From: Vicugna vicugna
Lineage: Eukaryota
Direction: 5' to 3'
Assembly: GCA_013265495.1 (NCBI GenBank)
Contig: MU058844.1
Location: forward strand, 13,352,184-13,416,183
DNA: 64,000 nucleotides
Positions within the stretch are counted from its first letter, which is position 1, and each line of letters begins with the position of its first letter. Below, piece by piece: positions 62,401 through 64,000 of this stretch. Under the pieces are notes generated by a model that saw only the letters and a program-made list of their open reading frames with translations, was not told where the DNA came from and did not search any database. A program made the position numbers and the translations under genes.

Positions 62401-63269
62401 CAAATAAGCAGAAAAGACTCTAAAATCTCCTGCATATTTCCTCCCTTCATGGTGCTTGGATTTAAAAAAAATCTGCTCTTTTATTTTCCTGTTTGCCAGA
62501 GTAAACCAATTTTTTAAAAAAAAAAGTCAAAAAGCTAGGTATCAAATGCTGCAAATCTGGCATTTGATGATTTTCAGTTAATTATGAATGGCATTTATTT
62601 AACATTTAAGGCAATTTGAAAAGGAGTTATTGTGTATTAGCAGCATTAGCAGCAAGGCTAATTTTTTATAAGCCACAGGAACCGTGAGTCAAGGTAAATA
62701 AAGGTCCCTTGGTTAGAAAAGAGCACCAAAAAAGCCTTTGAAAAGTAGTTCAACTTGACTTTGACTTATTGTATCCTTGGGAACTTGCCCAGTTTCAAGG
62801 TGAGGCTATTGAGACAGGAAGTATGGATGACAGCACAGATTACAGGGTTCCAGTTAAATCCTCATCTAGAAAGGCTGAAACTGTAAGGGAAGTTAGCCAT
62901 GAACTCCGAAGATAAATTAAGCAAAAGTTAGAATTGAATTGTGACTTGAAATTCTCTACTTCTTCCTATTTGTCCTTTACGGAAAATGAATGGGCCAAAA
63001 ATAAATGCATTCCCCCTGAACATTACCTAGCCAGTTGTCTTGGACACACTTAAAAAACCCTGAGATACTGATACCATATAAATTCTGGCCAAAGTCTATT
63101 GATATCAAAAAATAAGACCAATTGTCTGTTACCTGGTTAATTGATGACAATTGTCAGCCTATAACAGTTGGCATTTTGAGAAGCTGGTACATTACCACAT
63201 AATTCAAAGAACTGTAGCATGAAAGGGGGAAAATGCTACAACAGACACATTCTAAGATCCAACTTTTAT

Positions 63270-63553
63270 TTTTTTTTCCCCTGGAAAATCTTGTTGCGTT
63301 TTTAATTAGTCTTGGATGTGATAGATAAATTCGGATGATATTTTAAAAATTTCTCTCATGTTTATTCTAGTATTTTATAATATCTTTAATTTTTATTCAT
63401 CAAAAATAAATTTTGATACAAAGAATGAAGTAGGGATCCACCTTCCAGTGCTTTCTAGAAGGTTAGCCATTTGTCTAAACACCAGTTTTCAAACAATCCA
63501 TCATTTCCTAACTGATTTGACCTGACATTATATCTTTTACTAAGTTTTATCTT
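63270..63553 (-). mobile_element. TSD-flanked polyadenylated insert (orphan transduction/retrocopy candidate)
   Basis: TAAGATCCAACTTTTAT at 63253-63269 and 63554-63570; T8 at 63270-63277; minus-strand ATTAAA 23 nt upstream of the tail. Confidence 0.7.
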
Positions 63554-64000
63554 TAAGATCCAACTTTTATCTCCCTTTTGTTTCCAGTTTAATTTTTCAG
63601 GTCCTAATCTTAGCATCGGCTTCTATTCTTGTTGATCAGACAAAAGAAACTGGGGAGTTTGGTGAAAAATCAGTCAAGAAAGGAGGTCATTTGACAATAT
63701 AGGTGGGAAATAATTGCCTCTAGTCGATTCAGCTCAGGTTTTCCTTCTGAGCAGAGCAGGCATCAACCCATCCTCCCTAACTCCTTTCAAAGTGACTTTC
63801 TGGACATTCAGTTTTGCAGAGAATGCCTTTCTTATTCCCCAGTGGAATAAGATGTATCTGAGATGCCTGAGAAAAGGAAAAGATTCCTTTTCTCCCTCCA
63901 CATGGCTAGAAGAGCAGGACTTTTTTTGTAAGTGAATAATTCGGTTCTAGTGGTCGGTTTGATTCAATTAGTGATGGGGCTAACTTCAGTTTCCACATTC

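Overview
This is AT-rich, CpG-depleted mammalian genomic DNA, most likely camelid (camel/alpaca/llama). That assignment rests on two Vic-1-type tRNA-derived SINEs ending in CTAATTACC(T)CCCC and on cetartiodactyl-type L1 3' ends. I recognise no host protein-coding exon or RNA gene. The listed ORFs are chance frames, microsatellite read-throughs or decayed L1 ORF2 pieces, so the window looks intronic or intergenic. It is a layered fossil record of L2, MIR, hAT-Charlie MITEs, L1s of several ages, ERV1/ERVL solo LTRs and microsatellites. Repeat family names come from recalled consensus sequences, not a RepeatMasker run, and ancient boundaries are approximate. The best leads are: (1) a 284-bp insert at 63270-63553 with its own ATTAAA signal and poly(A), flanked by a perfect 17-bp TSD, which looks like an orphan transduction or truncated retrocopy; (2) two ancient L1s that keep both termini but have lost most of their interior (43510-44953, 52980-54393); (3) a solo LTR carrying an internal polypurine tract and a second TGAAAC start (13352-14057); (4) a few candidate cryptic or micro-exons and enhancer-like motif clusters. 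I found no evidence of a novel multi-gene system.
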